Part shown: in pieces, positions 1-15,288 of the stretch
How the letters are laid out: each line of letters begins with the position of its first letter
Numbering within the stretch: the first letter of the stretch is position 1
Assembly (NCBI RefSeq): GCF_000039765.1
Contig: NC_004459.3
Span: 1,380,001-1,412,000 of the forward strand
DNA length: 32,000 bases
DNA from: Vibrio vulnificus CMCP6
GTDB lineage: Bacteria > Pseudomonadota > Gammaproteobacteria > Enterobacterales > Vibrionaceae
Reading direction: 5' to 3'
Notes under the pieces: generated by a model
What the model was told of the DNA's origin: nothing
What the model saw: only the letters and a program-made list of their open reading frames with translations
Databases searched by the model: none
Position numbers and translations under genes: made by a program

Positions 1-1
1 T

Positions 2-922
<921 letters not shown>

Positions 923-939
923 TGTGCGAATAGAAAAAC

Positions 940-967
940 AAAGGTCAGCATTTGCTGACCTTTTTTA
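940..967 (+). terminator. Rho-independent terminator after pgi
   Basis: aaaggtcagcatttgctgacctttttt: GC-containing hairpin followed by a T run. Confidence 0.85.
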
Positions 968-984
968 TGTTCGTAATAGCGAAA

Positions 985-1013
985 CAAAAAAGGTTGGCCA
1001 AAGCCAACCTTTC
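985..1013 (-). terminator. Rho-independent terminator after the cheX-like gene
   Basis: aaaaaaggttggccaaagccaacctttc: hairpin with a T run when read on the minus strand. Confidence 0.8.
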
Positions 1014-1022
1014 ATTTATTGA

Positions 1023-1484
1023 TTATTCGAAACAGATTTCGATGAACGCGTTACCCCATTGAGAGGAAAATGGCATGATGATGATCGAGCCTTCGCACTT
1101 GTGGCGAATCGTGTGACCTTTGCCTGAGACCACAACAGGTGTCGCCATATCAAAATCGAAGCCACTTTCAGCGAGAATACGTTTTGCTCCACCAGTAACC
1201 ATATTGGTGATTTCACCCACCATATCGGTTACTTCTTCATTCAATCCATTTGGTCGCTCACCCAGCATGTTCTGCATGATTTCGAGCGCAAGCCCTTCAT
1301 CAAAGGTAATTGACATCGAGCCGCGTGTTTGCGCCCCGACCATACCAATAAGGCCAGAAACATCACCACGGGCAATCTCATCTTTTTTGATTCGTGGTTT
1401 CTGAGGCTTCAATTCCAGTGAAGCCATCGTTTTTAGAACATTCATTAGAGATGCTAAAAACGGGTTTACAAATTCAGCGCGCAT
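1023..1484 (-). CDS. cheX: Chemotaxis protein CheX-like (CheC/CheX/FliY-family phosphatase)
   Basis: 153 aa. Contains DMVGEITNMVTGGAKRILAESGFDFDMATP, which fits the D-x3-E-x2-N-x21-P phosphatase motif of the CheC/CheX family. Confidence 0.85.
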   Translation of the reverse strand: MRAEFVNPFLASLMNVLKTMASLELKPQKPRIKKDEIARGDVSGLIGMVGAQTRGSMSITFDEGLALEIMQNMLGERPNGLNEEVTDMVGEITNMVTGGAKRILAESGFDFDMATPVVVSGKGHTIRHKCEGSIIIMPFSSQWGNAFIEICFE

Positions 1485-1509
1485 AACGTTCTTCTATATC
1501 TTTATTCTT

Positions 1510-1959
1510 TCACTCTGAGAGACAAGTTTTACAGGTACCGTGAGTTTCGATCACTTGATTGGTCAATTTAAAGCCGTATTTCTCAGCATTATTGGCCAAC
1601 AAGGATATCAGTGTATCATCCTGAAGTTCAACGACATCCCCACATTTATCACAAATAAGTAATTGGAAAAAATGTTGGTTTGCGTTGCAAGAGCAGCAGG
1701 AGATAAAACTGTTGGTCGATTCAACCCGATGAATAAAGCCCTGCTCCATTAAAAATTCCAAAGCGCGATAGACGGTAGGAGGTTTGGCTTGAGGTTCGCT
1801 CTCCTTGAGCTGCTCCAGTAATTCATAAGCGCTGGAGGCTCTTGAGTTTGAACAAATCAGTTCAAAAACTCGCTTACGTTGCGGAGTCAGTCGGACTCCT
1901 CGTGCCGAACATATGCCTTCTATTTGCTCAACTAGTGTCTGGTCCAAAGCTTTCACCAT
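1510..1959 (-). CDS. zur: Zinc uptake transcriptional repressor Zur (Fur family)
   Basis: 149 aa. LTPQRKRVFELI and PPTVYRALEFLMEQGFIHRVESTNSFISC, plus metal-site Cys pairs (CDKCGD, CKTC) typical of Zur. Confidence 0.93.
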   Translation of the reverse strand: MVKALDQTLVEQIEGICSARGVRLTPQRKRVFELICSNSRASSAYELLEQLKESEPQAKPPTVYRALEFLMEQGFIHRVESTNSFISCCSCNANQHFFQLLICDKCGDVVELQDDTLISLLANNAEKYGFKLTNQVIETHGTCKTCLSE

Positions 1960-2252
1960 AATGATTGGACTTTCTTAATAATAAACTATTTCTATACGAA
2001 GATCGTTGAGAAACCGATAAAAATCCAAATAAGCTTTTATCTTTGTCACAAACGGTCAGTGTTCGCCCAACAATAAAACGAAACCTGACTCAGGTAAAGC
2101 GAGTGTAGCGCATCCCGACATGAACCATTACAATATCGGACCAAAATTTTGATATGAAGCCAACCCGAATAATTAACCGTGCAAAATATGAGCACTTTGC
2201 GCCGTTACTTATGCGGATTGCTTCGGCTCCTTTGTTGTTAAGGTAAATACTT

Positions 2253-3233
2253 ATGACTCACTCTTGTCGTCTTTCTGTCGCTCCTATGCTCGATTGGACC
2301 GATCGCCATTGTCGTTACTTTCATCGCTTGATGACGAAAGAAACCTTGCTCTATACCGAAATGATTACGACTGGAGCAATTATTCATGGGAAAGGGGACT
2401 TCCTTGCTTATAACCAAGAAGAGCATCCTGTCGCGTTGCAGTTGGGTGGTTCAAACCCTCAAGATCTTGCCACTTGTGCCAAGTTAGCAGCAGAGCGAGG
2501 CTATGACGAAGTAAACCTGAATGTCGGTTGCCCGTCAGATCGTGTCCAGAATGGACGTTTTGGTGCTTGTCTTATGGCTGAGCCTCAATTGGTTGCGGAT
2601 TGTGTCGCTGCAATGAAAGAGGTCGTGGATATTCCGGTGACGGTGAAAACCCGTATTGGTATCGATGATCAAGACTCTTACGAGTTTCTCACTGACTTTG
2701 TCTCCATTGTTTCTGAAAAAGGTGGCTGCGAACAGTTTACTATCCATGCGCGTAAAGCATGGCTGAGTGGCCTAAGCCCGAAAGAAAACCGTGAGATTCC
2801 ACCACTGGATTACCCACGAGCTTACCAACTGAAGAAAGACTTCTCTCATTTGACGATTGCAATTAACGGTGGCGTGAAATCCTTAGAAGAAGCGAAAGAA
2901 CACCTACAACATCTAGATGGCGTGATGATCGGTCGCGAAGCATATCAAAGTCCTTACTTACTCGCGTCAGTGGACCAAGAGTTGTTTGGCAGCCAATCGC
3001 CGATTAAGAAGCGACGTCAGATCGTGGAAGAAATGTATCCTTACATCGAGCAGCAGCTTGCCAACGGTGCTTACCTTGGCCATATGACTCGTCACATGCT
3101 AGGGCTATTCCAAAATATGCCAGGTGCACGTCAATGGCGTCGCCATATCAGTGAGAATGCCCACAAACCAGGCTCTGGTATTGAAGTGTTGCAGCAGGCT
3201 TTAGCCAAAATACCGCAAGAATTGGATGTGTAA
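2253..3233 (+). CDS. dusA: tRNA-dihydrouridine synthase A
   Basis: 326 aa. [46 protein letters not shown] and NGGVKS are characteristic of DusA. Confidence 0.97.
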   Translation: MTHSCRLSVAPMLDWTDRHCRYFHRLMTKETLLYTEMITTGAIIHGKGDFLAYNQEEHPVALQLGGSNPQDLATCAKLAAERGYDEVNLNVGCPSDRVQNGRFGACLMAEPQLVADCVAAMKEVVDIPVTVKTRIGIDDQDSYEFLTDFVSIVSEKGGCEQFTIHARKAWLSGLSPKENREIPPLDYPRAYQLKKDFSHLTIAINGGVKSLEEAKEHLQHLDGVMIGREAYQSPYLLASVDQELFGSQSPIKKRRQIVEEMYPYIEQQLANGAYLGHMTRHMLGLFQNMPGARQWRRHISENAHKPGSGIEVLQQALAKIPQELDV

Positions 3234-3279
3234 ATTTCACCATTAGGTGGTAAAAATCACCAAGTTACGCTTTATCTTG

Positions 3280-3316
3280 AAGCCCTTAGCTTTTGTGTTT
3301 AAGGGCTTTTTCTTTA
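3280..3316 (+). terminator. Rho-independent terminator after dusA
   Basis: aagcccttagcttttgtgtttaagggctttttc: hairpin plus T-rich tail. Confidence 0.8.
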
Positions 3317-3346
3317 TTTTTTAAATGGTTATTTGAATTTGAAAAG

Positions 3347-3363
3347 TTGGTACAGATTCTGCT
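3347..3363 (+). promoter_or_regulatory. Sigma-54 (RpoN) promoter upstream of pspG
   Basis: TTGGTACAGATTCTGCT has the -24 GG / -12 GC architecture (GG-N10-GC) and is close to the consensus YTGGCACGRNNNTTGCW. It lies about 25 nt upstream of the pspG start. Confidence 0.8.
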
Positions 3364-3388
3364 CCTTACAAGAAAACAAAGGAGATAG

Positions 3389-3610
3389 ATGATGTTAGAG
3401 CTGATTTTTATTTTGGTTTTCGCAGCAACCTTGTTGGTGACGGGGATTACAATGATGACAGTGTTTGCTGCTACAGGTATTGCGCTGGTGGTGATGATTT
3501 TGCTCGGCATGCTCGGGTTTGTTTTGAAGTTATTGCCTTGGTTAATTGTTATCGCCGTGGCTATCTGGTTTTTTAAGCATGTGGTCGCGCAGCCCAGATA
3601 CAAATCGTAA
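3389..3610 (+). CDS. pspG: Envelope stress response protein PspG (start may be 3389 or 3392)
   Basis: 73 aa, two hydrophobic segments (LELIFILVFAATLLVTG..., LLPWLIVIAVAIWFF), located directly downstream of dusA as in other gammaproteobacteria. SD ggag at 3381. Confidence 0.9.
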   Translation: MMLELIFILVFAATLLVTGITMMTVFAATGIALVVMILLGMLGFVLKLLPWLIVIAVAIWFFKHVVAQPRYKS

Positions 3611-3707
3611 TTGGAGCGGATTTTGTTGAGTGTGTGAGCTGAGATTGTGATAGGATCCCCGCTCAGCTCATCCAAGGTTAACTCAGTAAAATCGGAGTAT
3701 TACTCTC

Positions 3708-4370
3708 ATGCGTAATAAAATCGCCACCATTTGTGCACTATTGGCGCCATTAGGCCTGTTTTCTGCGACCTGCCAAGCCAGTGTAGAAACGACGGTAGGC
3801 GCCGAATTTTGGAATGTGAAAACGAAAGTCAACGAAGTTGACCGTGATCGTGCTGCTACTGGGAGTTATTACGCATCTATTGAGCATGAAGTGAAATATT
3901 TGCCAGACATGCGTGTGCGTTACTCTTCGATTGATGCCGATTACATGGCATTCGATAAGTTGGATCTGACGCTTTACTTTAATCTGCTTGAGCACGATTT
4001 GATGCACTTTGATGCGGGTATTACCTTTAGCGATTTGAGCAACACCAAGTATCTCAATGTTGCGGACTTAGCCGAAGGCGAGTCTTCGTTTGATGAGATG
4101 ATTTGGGCTTGGTATGGCTACGGTGAAATTAACGTACCAAAAACCAATTTTGATGTGATTGGTGAGATGAACTTTGGTAACAACAAAGGCATCAAGAGTA
4201 CAGATTTGATGGCAGGTATGCAGTATCGATTGCCTTTTGAGGGTTCGGAAGTGGCTTTACGTGCGGGTTACCGCGTGATTGACTTGGAAGCCGATGCTTT
4301 CGCTTCCTCTTTAGGTAAATCATTTATCTTCGCCCATGGCTGGTTTTTAGGAGCGCAATACCGCTTTTAA
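3708..4370 (+). CDS. TIGR04219-like outer membrane beta-barrel protein
   Basis: 220 aa. Signal peptide (ALLAPLGLFSATCQA), alternating beta-barrel pattern, C-terminal aromatic ...FLGAQYRF ending typical of OMPs. Confidence 0.8.
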   Translation: MRNKIATICALLAPLGLFSATCQASVETTVGAEFWNVKTKVNEVDRDRAATGSYYASIEHEVKYLPDMRVRYSSIDADYMAFDKLDLTLYFNLLEHDLMHFDAGITFSDLSNTKYLNVADLAEGESSFDEMIWAWYGYGEINVPKTNFDVIGEMNFGNNKGIKSTDLMAGMQYRLPFEGSEVALRAGYRVIDLEADAFASSLGKSFIFAHGWFLGAQYRF

Positions 4371-4388
4371 TCACTAATGAGAATTTAG

Positions 4389-4421
4389 AAAGGCCGCTAT
4401 GTTATAAGCGGCCTTTTTTTA
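4389..4421 (+). terminator. Rho-independent terminator after the OMP gene
   Basis: aaaggccgctatgttataagcggccttttttt: strong hairpin plus T run. Confidence 0.88.
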
Positions 4422-4518
4422 TATCTCTTATCTATAAAATACGGCAAATAATTCGCATTGGTGGCAAATTCGTCCATGCTTATTGATGTCATCATCAAAA
4501 GTCAGACAGGGACAGTGT

Positions 4519-4749
4519 ATGACCATTACCGAGTTAAGAAACTTATATCGAGAGAAGCAGTTGGTTGAGGCGATCATTGAACCTTCCATACAAGAGGGGG
4601 CATGGGTGGTGGAGTTCCGCCATGCGAGAGGTGGCTTTGTTTTGCTGACAGACAGCCATGGCGAAGAGTGCCAGTATCAAGATCTTGATGAAGCGTCCAA
4701 ATCCGCAATGGCGGTCGGCTTTCAACAAGTCAGAGTGGAAACCCGCTGA
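4519..4749 (+). CDS. Small hypothetical protein of unknown function
   Basis: 76-aa reading frame from the ATG at 4519 (MTITELRNLYREKQLVEAIIEPS...), a coding-like acidic small protein. The upstream ATG at 4483 in the ORF track is less likely to be the start. Confidence 0.65.
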   Translation: MTITELRNLYREKQLVEAIIEPSIQEGAWVVEFRHARGGFVLLTDSHGEECQYQDLDEASKSAMAVGFQQVRVETR

Positions 4750-4863
4750 TCTCTCAGGCTTTGCTTACTTCCAAAAAGTTATAAAACATTCACTTCTATT
4801 CTTTCTTGTTATTAAAAAGAGTGGTTAATCTATCGTCACGCAATGAATAGGGATGTCGTGACT

Positions 4864-6714
4864 ATGTCTTCTCAAAAGAAAGTGTCATCAGGAAACACTA
4901 CTCCATCAGGATTGGCTGGCTTAGCTAGCCCACTCAACGATCAACAAATTAATCTATTACAGCAGATTTCAGATTTATCACCGCAGCAATTGGCTTGGGT
5001 GAGTGGCTACTTTTGGGGATTGTCGCAAAGTGCCGCGCCATCCGCTGTCACGCCTATCGCTCAAGCGGTTTCGGCTGTGGCCGCTAAACCCGCAGGAAAA
5101 CTGACGATTATCTTTGCTTCTCAAACAGGCAACGCCAAAGGGGTTGCTGAAGCGCTAGAGCAAGAGGCAAAAGCAGAAGGTATTGCTGTTCAGCTATTTG
5201 ATGCGAGCGATTACAAAGGTAAAAACTTAGCCAATGAAACTCATGTCATTATTGTCGCGTCCACCAATGGTGAAGGTGAAGCGCCAGATAACGCTATCGA
5301 GCTGCACGAGTTTCTCCAGTCAAAGAAAGCCCCCAAATTACCAAACCTGCAATACGGTGTGATTGGTTTAGGGGATTCAAGCTATGAATTCTTCTGTCAG
5401 ACGGGCAAAGATTTCGATTCGTATCTTGCCAAGCTTGGTGCGACGCCATTCATCGAACGTGTCGATTGCGATGTCGACTATGATGCATCCGCAGCGCAGT
5501 GGCGAAAACAGGCGCTAGAAAAAGTAAAAGATGCTTTGTCTGCGGGAGTTGAAGCTGACGTGGTTCAATTGCCAGTCGCGCAATTGGCTGCGGGGCATGC
5601 TCTCTATACTAAGCAAAAACCTTATGCTGCGACGCTGCTGACCAGCCAAAAAATCACAGGCCGAGATTCAGGTAAAGACGTTCGTCACGTTGAAATTGAC
5701 CTAGCAGGCTCCGGAATCACTTATCAGCCGGGAGATGCCTTAGGGGTGTGGTTTGAGAATAGTGGTGAGTTAGCCAATCAAGTGCTAGCCAAAGTGGGAT
5801 TGTCTGGGGTGGAAAGCGTTGATGTGGACGGTGAAAGCCTCTCTATTCACAGTGCTTTGGTGAGTAAGTTTGAAATTACTTCTTCTAATCCTCAACAAGT
5901 CGAAAAGTTTGCCCAGCTTTCCGGTAGCAAAAAGCTGCTAAAACTGGTGGAAGAGAAAGACAAGCTGCGTGAGTACGCAGGTAATACTCAGCTTGTGGAC
6001 CTGTTAGCGGAAAAGCAAACCAAACTTACGGCAGAGGAGTTGGTGGGGCTACTGCGTCGCCTTACTCCAAGGCTTTACTCCATTGCCTCGAGCCAAACGG
6101 AAGTGGATGAAGAAGTTCATCTCACCGTTGGTTTGGTTGAATACGATGTTAAAGGTGAGAAACGTTTTGGAGGCGCTTCTGGTTATTTAGCGCAACGTCT
6201 AGAAGAAGGTGAGCAAGTAAAAGTATTTGTAGAGAACAACAATAACTTCAAGTTGCCAGCAGACGATAACGTCCCAGTCATCATGGTTGGGCCTGGTACG
6301 GGTATTGCACCTTTCCGCAGTTTCATCCAAGAGCGTGATAACCGCGGTGCAGAAGGCAAAAACTGGTTGTTCTTTGGTGATCGTACCTTTACGCAAGATT
6401 TCCTCTACCAGGTTGAATGGCAGAAGTATCTGAAATCCGGCCTGCTGACGAAACTCGATGTCGCTTTTAGTCGTGACCAAGCAGAGAAAGTCTATGTGCA
6501 GCAACGCATCTTAGAAAATGCAGCGCAAGTATGGCAGTGGATTCAAGAAGGCGCTTATCTCTACGTCTGTGGTGATGCGAACCGAATGGCAAAAGATGTT
6601 CATCAAGCCTTTGTCGCAGTCGCAGAGCAAGAGGGCAAGATGTCACGCGATGACGCAGAAGAATTTATTAACGACTTACGTAAAGCAAAACGTTATCAAA
6701 GGGATGTGTACTAA
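4864..6714 (+). CDS. cysJ: Sulfite reductase (NADPH) flavoprotein alpha subunit
   Basis: Flavodoxin domain ([33 protein letters not shown]), [23 protein letters not shown] and C-terminal YQRDVY are typical of CysJ. Likely start is the ATG at 4864, not 4843. Confidence 0.97.
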   Translation: MSSQKKVSSGNTTPSGLAGLASPLNDQQINLLQQISDLSPQQLAWVSGYFWGLSQSAAPSAVTPIAQAVSAVAAKPAGKLTIIFASQTGNAKGVAEALEQEAKAEGIAVQLFDASDYKGKNLANETHVIIVASTNGEGEAPDNAIELHEFLQSKKAPKLPNLQYGVIGLGDSSYEFFCQTGKDFDSYLAKLGATPFIERVDCDVDYDASAAQWRKQALEKVKDALSAGVEADVVQLPVAQLAAGHALYTKQKPYAATLLTSQKITGRDSGKDVRHVEIDLAGSGITYQPGDALGVWFENSGELANQVLAKVGLSGVESVDVDGESLSIHSALVSKFEITSSNPQQVEKFAQLSGSKKLLKLVEEKDKLREYAGNTQLVDLLAEKQTKLTAEELVGLLRRLTPRLYSIASSQTEVDEEVHLTVGLVEYDVKGEKRFGGASGYLAQRLEEGEQVKVFVENNNNFKLPADDNVPVIMVGPGTGIAPFRSFIQERDNRGAEGKNWLFFGDRTFTQDFLYQVEWQKYLKSGLLTKLDVAFSRDQAEKVYVQQRILENAAQVWQWIQEGAYLYVCGDANRMAKDVHQAFVAVAEQEGKMSRDDAEEFINDLRKAKRYQRDVY

Positions 6715-8450
6715 TGACTTTTTCTATTGAAAATAATAAGCAGGTTGTATTAGGCGAAGAATTAGGAAAGTTGTCTGATAACGAACGCCTTAAAACGCAG
6801 AGTAACTTCCTACGTGGCACGATAGAGCAAGATCTACAAGACCGAATCACGGGCGGATTTACCGCGGATAACTTCCAGTTGATTCGTTTCCACGGTATGT
6901 ATCAGCAGGATGACCGTGATATTCGTAACGAGCGCGCAAAACAGAAACTAGAGCCTCTACATAACGTTATGCTACGTGCACGTATGCCTGGTGGTATCAT
7001 TACACCCAAACAATGGTTAGCGATTGACAAGTTTGCTACCGAGCATTCACTTTATGGCAGCATTCGTCTGACCACACGTCAAACGTTCCAGTTTCACGGT
7101 GTGCTTAAGCCGAACATTAAGCTAATGCACCAAACGTTAAACAGTATTGGTATTGATTCAATCGCTACCGCTGGTGATGTTAACCGTAATGTCTTGTGTA
7201 CCACCAATCCGGTTGAATCTGAGCTGCATCAAGAAGCCTACGAGTGGGCGAAAAAAATCAGTGAGCATTTACTGCCTAAGACAAAAGCGTATGCCGAAAT
7301 TTGGTTAGACGGTGAGAAAGTTGAAACCACGGAAGACGATGAGCCGATCCTAGGTAAAACTTACTTACCGCGTAAGTTTAAAACGACCGTTGTGATCCCT
7401 CCGCAAAATGATGTGGACGTTCATGCGAACGACCTCAATTTTGTGGCGATTGCTGAAAAGGGCAAATTGATTGGCTTTAACGTGCTAGTGGGCGGCGGTT
7501 TGGCGATGACACATGGTGATACATCGACTTACCCACGTCGTGCCGATGATTTCGGCTACATTCCACTAGAGAAAACGCTGGATGTCGCTGCTGCAGTCGT
7601 CACGACGCAACGTGATTGGGGAAATCGCTCGAATCGTAAAAATGCTAAAACCAAGTACACCTTAGATCGCGTAGGTACGGATGTCTTTAAAGCGGAAGTC
7701 GAAAAGCGTGCTGGGATTAAGTTTGAGGTTAGCCGCCCTTATGAGTTCACCGAGCGCGGCGATCGCATTGGTTGGGTTGAAGGGATTGATGGTAAGCACC
7801 ATCTCACCCTGTTTATTGAGAATGGTCGTTTACTCGATTATCCTGGTAAACCACTGAAAACAGGTGTGGCAGAAATCGCTAAAATCCATAAAGGTGATTT
7901 CCGTATGACGGCCAACCAAAACTTAATTGTGGCAGGAGTCTCCAAGAGCAACAAAGCCAAAATTGAGAAGTTGGCGCGAGAACATGGTTTGATGGATGAG
8001 GGTGTCAGCGAGCAACGCAAAAACGCTATGGCGTGTGTGGCGTTTCCAACCTGTCCGCTGGCAATGGCAGAAGCGGAGCGTTTCCTACCTCAGTTTGTGA
8101 CGGATGTTGAAGGGATTCTGGACAAGCATGGTTTAGATAAAGAAGACAACATCATTTTGCGAGTCACGGGCTGTCCTAATGGTTGTGGTCGTGCAATGTT
8201 GGCGGAAATCGGTTTGGTGGGCAAAGCGCCAGGACGCTATAATCTACATCTAGGTGGCAACCGCGGTGGTACGCGAGTTCCAAAAATGTATAAAGAGAAC
8301 ATCACTGACAAACAGATCTTAGAAGAGATTGATCAGCTTGTTGGTCGCTGGGCAAACGAACGCCTTCCTAACGAATGCTTTGGCGATTTCACTGTTCGTG
8401 TTGGCATTATTGAAGAAGTCATCATTTCTAAAAGGGATTTCTATGCTTGA
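6714..8450 (+). CDS. cysI: Sulfite reductase (NADPH) hemoprotein beta subunit
   Basis: 578 aa. [22 protein letters not shown], siroheme/4Fe4S motifs [16 protein letters not shown] and [14 protein letters not shown]. Its start overlaps the cysJ stop codon by 1 nt. Confidence 0.98.
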   Translation: MTFSIENNKQVVLGEELGKLSDNERLKTQSNFLRGTIEQDLQDRITGGFTADNFQLIRFHGMYQQDDRDIRNERAKQKLEPLHNVMLRARMPGGIITPKQWLAIDKFATEHSLYGSIRLTTRQTFQFHGVLKPNIKLMHQTLNSIGIDSIATAGDVNRNVLCTTNPVESELHQEAYEWAKKISEHLLPKTKAYAEIWLDGEKVETTEDDEPILGKTYLPRKFKTTVVIPPQNDVDVHANDLNFVAIAEKGKLIGFNVLVGGGLAMTHGDTSTYPRRADDFGYIPLEKTLDVAAAVVTTQRDWGNRSNRKNAKTKYTLDRVGTDVFKAEVEKRAGIKFEVSRPYEFTERGDRIGWVEGIDGKHHLTLFIENGRLLDYPGKPLKTGVAEIAKIHKGDFRMTANQNLIVAGVSKSNKAKIEKLAREHGLMDEGVSEQRKNAMACVAFPTCPLAMAEAERFLPQFVTDVEGILDKHGLDKEDNIILRVTGCPNGCGRAMLAEIGLVGKAPGRYNLHLGGNRGGTRVPKMYKENITDKQILEEIDQLVGRWANERLPNECFGDFTVRVGIIEEVIISKRDFYA

Positions 8451-9219
8451 TTCTGTTGCTTCAACGCTGCAGCTATCAGAATTACTCTCGTTAACCAAGG
8501 CGGAGCAAAGTATCCGCCTTGCCGAAATCAACGTTGAGTTAGAGATGCTGTCAGCTCAAGAGAGGGTCGCTTGGGCTCTGCAAAATTTGGAAGGGGCACA
8601 CGCTGTTTCGTCGAGTTTTGGGATTCAAGCGGCTGTCATGCTGCATTTGGTATCGAAGCAGCAAGCCGATATTCCCGTCATTTTGACCGATACGGGCTAC
8701 CTATTTCCTGAAACGTATCAATTTATTGATGAGTTAACTAAATCTCTAAACCTAAACCTTAAAGTATACCGAGCGAATGAGAGTGCAAACTGGCAGGAAG
8801 CTCGATACGGTAAACTGTGGGAGCAAGGTATAGAAGGAATAGAAAAATACAACAAGCTTAATAAAGTCGAACCTATGCGTCGTGCACTGAATGAGCTTAA
8901 TGTTAAAACCTGGTTTTCCGGATTACGCCGAGAGCAATCTCAGTCCCGAGCAGGCCTACCTATTCTGTCGATACAAAATGGAGTGTTTAAATTCTTGCCT
9001 GTAGTTGATTGGAGTAACAAAGACGTACACTACTATTTAAAAGAACATGGTCTTTCATATCATCCCCTTTGGGAGCAGGGCTATCTTTCTGTAGGAGATA
9101 CGCATACAACTCAAAAATGGGAGCCAGGGATGAGTGAAGAAGAAACTCGTTTCTTTGGCTTGAAGCGTGAGTGTGGACTTCACGAAGAAGATAATGAACA
9201 AGATGGTTCTGGTATTTAA
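8443..9219 (+). CDS. cysH: Phosphoadenosine phosphosulfate (PAPS) reductase
   Basis: Residues from [55 protein letters not shown] and C-terminal KRECGLHEE are CysH motifs. The ATG overlaps the end of cysI by 8 nt, so the ORF-track start at 8329 is an extension. Confidence 0.96.
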   Translation: MLDSVASTLQLSELLSLTKAEQSIRLAEINVELEMLSAQERVAWALQNLEGAHAVSSSFGIQAAVMLHLVSKQQADIPVILTDTGYLFPETYQFIDELTKSLNLNLKVYRANESANWQEARYGKLWEQGIEGIEKYNKLNKVEPMRRALNELNVKTWFSGLRREQSQSRAGLPILSIQNGVFKFLPVVDWSNKDVHYYLKEHGLSYHPLWEQGYLSVGDTHTTQKWEPGMSEEETRFFGLKRECGLHEEDNEQDGSGI

Positions 9220-9232
9220 TAATAGAGAAGCT

Positions 9233-9258
9233 CAAAGGCCGCAGATGCGGCCTTTTTA
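9233..9258 (+). terminator. Rho-independent terminator after cysJIH
   Basis: aaaggccgcagatgcggccttttta. Confidence 0.85.
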
Positions 9259-9511
9259 TTTAGCTACAAAACGGACGTTGTGGATAACCTTGTGGGTATT
9301 TTGTTGGTTTGTTTTGGGTAAAGTTGGATAAATGGCGCTTTGAATGGATTTTGTTCGCTTAGGCTTTGTTTTTGTAATTTTTTCAAAATAACACTTGCCA
9401 ATGTGAGCGGGATCTCTATAATGCCACCTCATCGACAGGGCAAGGGCTCACAAGGGTTTCAAGCTTGTTCGATAGGCCAGAAAGAAAAATGAAATAATTT
9501 TGAAAAAGTGT

Positions 9512-9539
9512 TTGACACTGAAAATTATCTCGCTAGAAT
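9512..9539 (+). promoter_or_regulatory. Sigma-70 promoter of the rRNA operon
   Basis: TTGACA (9512-9517), 16-nt spacer, TAGAAT (9534-9539), an A/T-rich UP-element-like stretch upstream and a GC-rich discriminator. Confidence 0.82.
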
Positions 9540-9579
9540 GGCCGCCTCTTCCGAAGTGATGTGATTCACAAAAGAAGAA

Positions 9580-9591
9580 AGCTCTTTAACA
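9580..9591 (+). promoter_or_regulatory. BoxA-like rRNA antitermination element in the leader
   Basis: agctctttaaca matches the boxA core (GCTCTTTAACA). Confidence 0.75.
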
Positions 9592-9738
9592 ATATAAACC
9601 TATCAATCTGTGTGGGCACTCGTTGATGATAATCCAAAAGATTTATCAATGAACTGAGTGACCAAAACGATACTAAGTATCGGCACAGTCAATTTATTCA
9701 GTATTCATTGAGCCGAAGCGAAAGCTTCAAAAACTTTT

Positions 9739-11280
<1,542 letters not shown>

Positions 11281-11347
11281 TACGATGATTATTGCGATGA
11301 GTGTTCACACAGATTGATATGGTTTAGAAAGTTTAGAGTATCTTAGT

Positions 11348-11423
11348 GTCCCGTTCGTCTAGAGGCCTAGGACACCGCCCTTTCACGGCGGTAACAGGGG
11401 TTCGACTCCCCTACGGGATACCA
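11348..11423 (+). tRNA. tRNA-Glu (anticodon TTC)
   Basis: 76-nt cloverleaf gtcccgttcgtctagaggcctaggacaccgccctttcacggcggtaacaggggttcgactcccctacgggatacca, in the 16S-23S spacer. Confidence 0.97.
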
Positions 11424-11470
11424 TCTTTAAGCATTCTTGCGAGTGTGTTTAAAAATGGTTTCGAAAGAAA

Positions 11471-11484
11471 TCTGCTCTTTAACA
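11471..11484 (+). promoter_or_regulatory. Second boxA-like antitermination element (16S-23S spacer)
   Basis: tctgctctttaaca upstream of 23S. Confidence 0.7.
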
Positions 11485-11700
11485 ATTTGGAAAGCTGACA
11501 AAACAACAATTTATTGTTGTTTGTAAAGTTCTCAATGTTTGTCTTTAGGACAAACACCAACAAACACATTCAAGTGTTCTTGGGAAGGTCACTTTTAGTG
11601 ACTATTCGAAATTGAGTCCGGCAAAATCAACGCTATCTCGCTCATTCAAATAATGAGATAGCAACTTTGGTTGTTTAACAAAGACCCTTTGGGGTTGTAT

Positions 11701-14588
<2,888 letters not shown>

Positions 14589-14709
14589 ACAACACCCAAA
14601 GGGTTTTGATGGACTCGATGTAAGAACATTGAATGTGTAGAGAACATAAACAGCTTTCCAGATTTTTTGCTTTCACTTTTTTAGAAAAAGTGAAGACAAA
14701 AACAGAATT

Positions 14710-14829
14710 TGCTTGGCGACCATAGCGTTTTGGACCCACCTGAATCCATTCCGAACTCAGAAGTGAAACGAAATAGCGTCGATGGTAGTGTGGGGTTTCC
14801 CCATGTGAGAGTAGAACATCGCCAGGCTT
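14710..14829 (+). rRNA. rrf: 5S ribosomal RNA
   Basis: tgcttggcgaccatagcg...ccgaactcagaagtgaaac...gatggtagtgtggggtttccccatgtgagagtagaacatcgccaggct, with pairing terminal stem. Confidence 0.97.
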
Positions 14830-14857
14830 TTAATTTAGACTTAGGTCTAACCAGTGC

Positions 14858-14934
14858 GGAGCGGTAGTTCAGTTGGTTAGAATACCGGCCTGTCACGCCG
14901 GGGGTCGCGGGTTCGAGTCCCGTCCGCTCCGCCA
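14858..14934 (+). tRNA. tRNA-Asp (anticodon GTC)
   Basis: 77-nt cloverleaf ggagcggtagttcagttggttagaataccggcctgtcacgccgggggtcgcgggttcgagtcccgtccgctccgcca. Confidence 0.97.
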
Positions 14935-14987
14935 CTTATTTAGAAACCTCGCTAATTAGCGGTTTGTTTTAGATATAAGAAAAATTT

Positions 14988-15064
<77 letters not shown>

Positions 15065-15069
15065 TATTT

Positions 15070-15100
15070 AAGGCTCTGAACGAAAGTTCAGAGCCTTTTT
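15070..15100 (+). terminator. Rho-independent terminator of the rRNA operon
   Basis: aaggctctgaacgaaagttcagagccttttt: 10-bp stem, 4-nt loop and T run after tRNA-Trp. Confidence 0.92.
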
Positions 15101-15288
15101 CATATTCCATTTTAGAGTATGTAAACTTCTGTTGTTGGTGACTATATCATCGATCCCATATTCCCTTTCGCATCTTCTTTGTTTCTGAAAGCGCCCCTCT
15201 GTCTGCTTATTTTATTTCACCTTCAGTATTTGCTCTTGAATGATAGGCAAAAGCAACTAACTTTAATTTAAAGGGATGGGAGCGCATC

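Noticed and set aside
2253-3233. dusA as a possible integration site for a genomic island or prophage
   Set aside because: dusA is a known integration hotspot, but here it is full-length, followed directly by its terminator and pspG, with no integrase or attachment repeats.
8329-8442. N-terminal extension of the cysH ORF
   Set aside because: It is a different frame through the 3' end of cysI. CysH homology and the ATG at 8443 fit the usual short cysI-cysH overlap.
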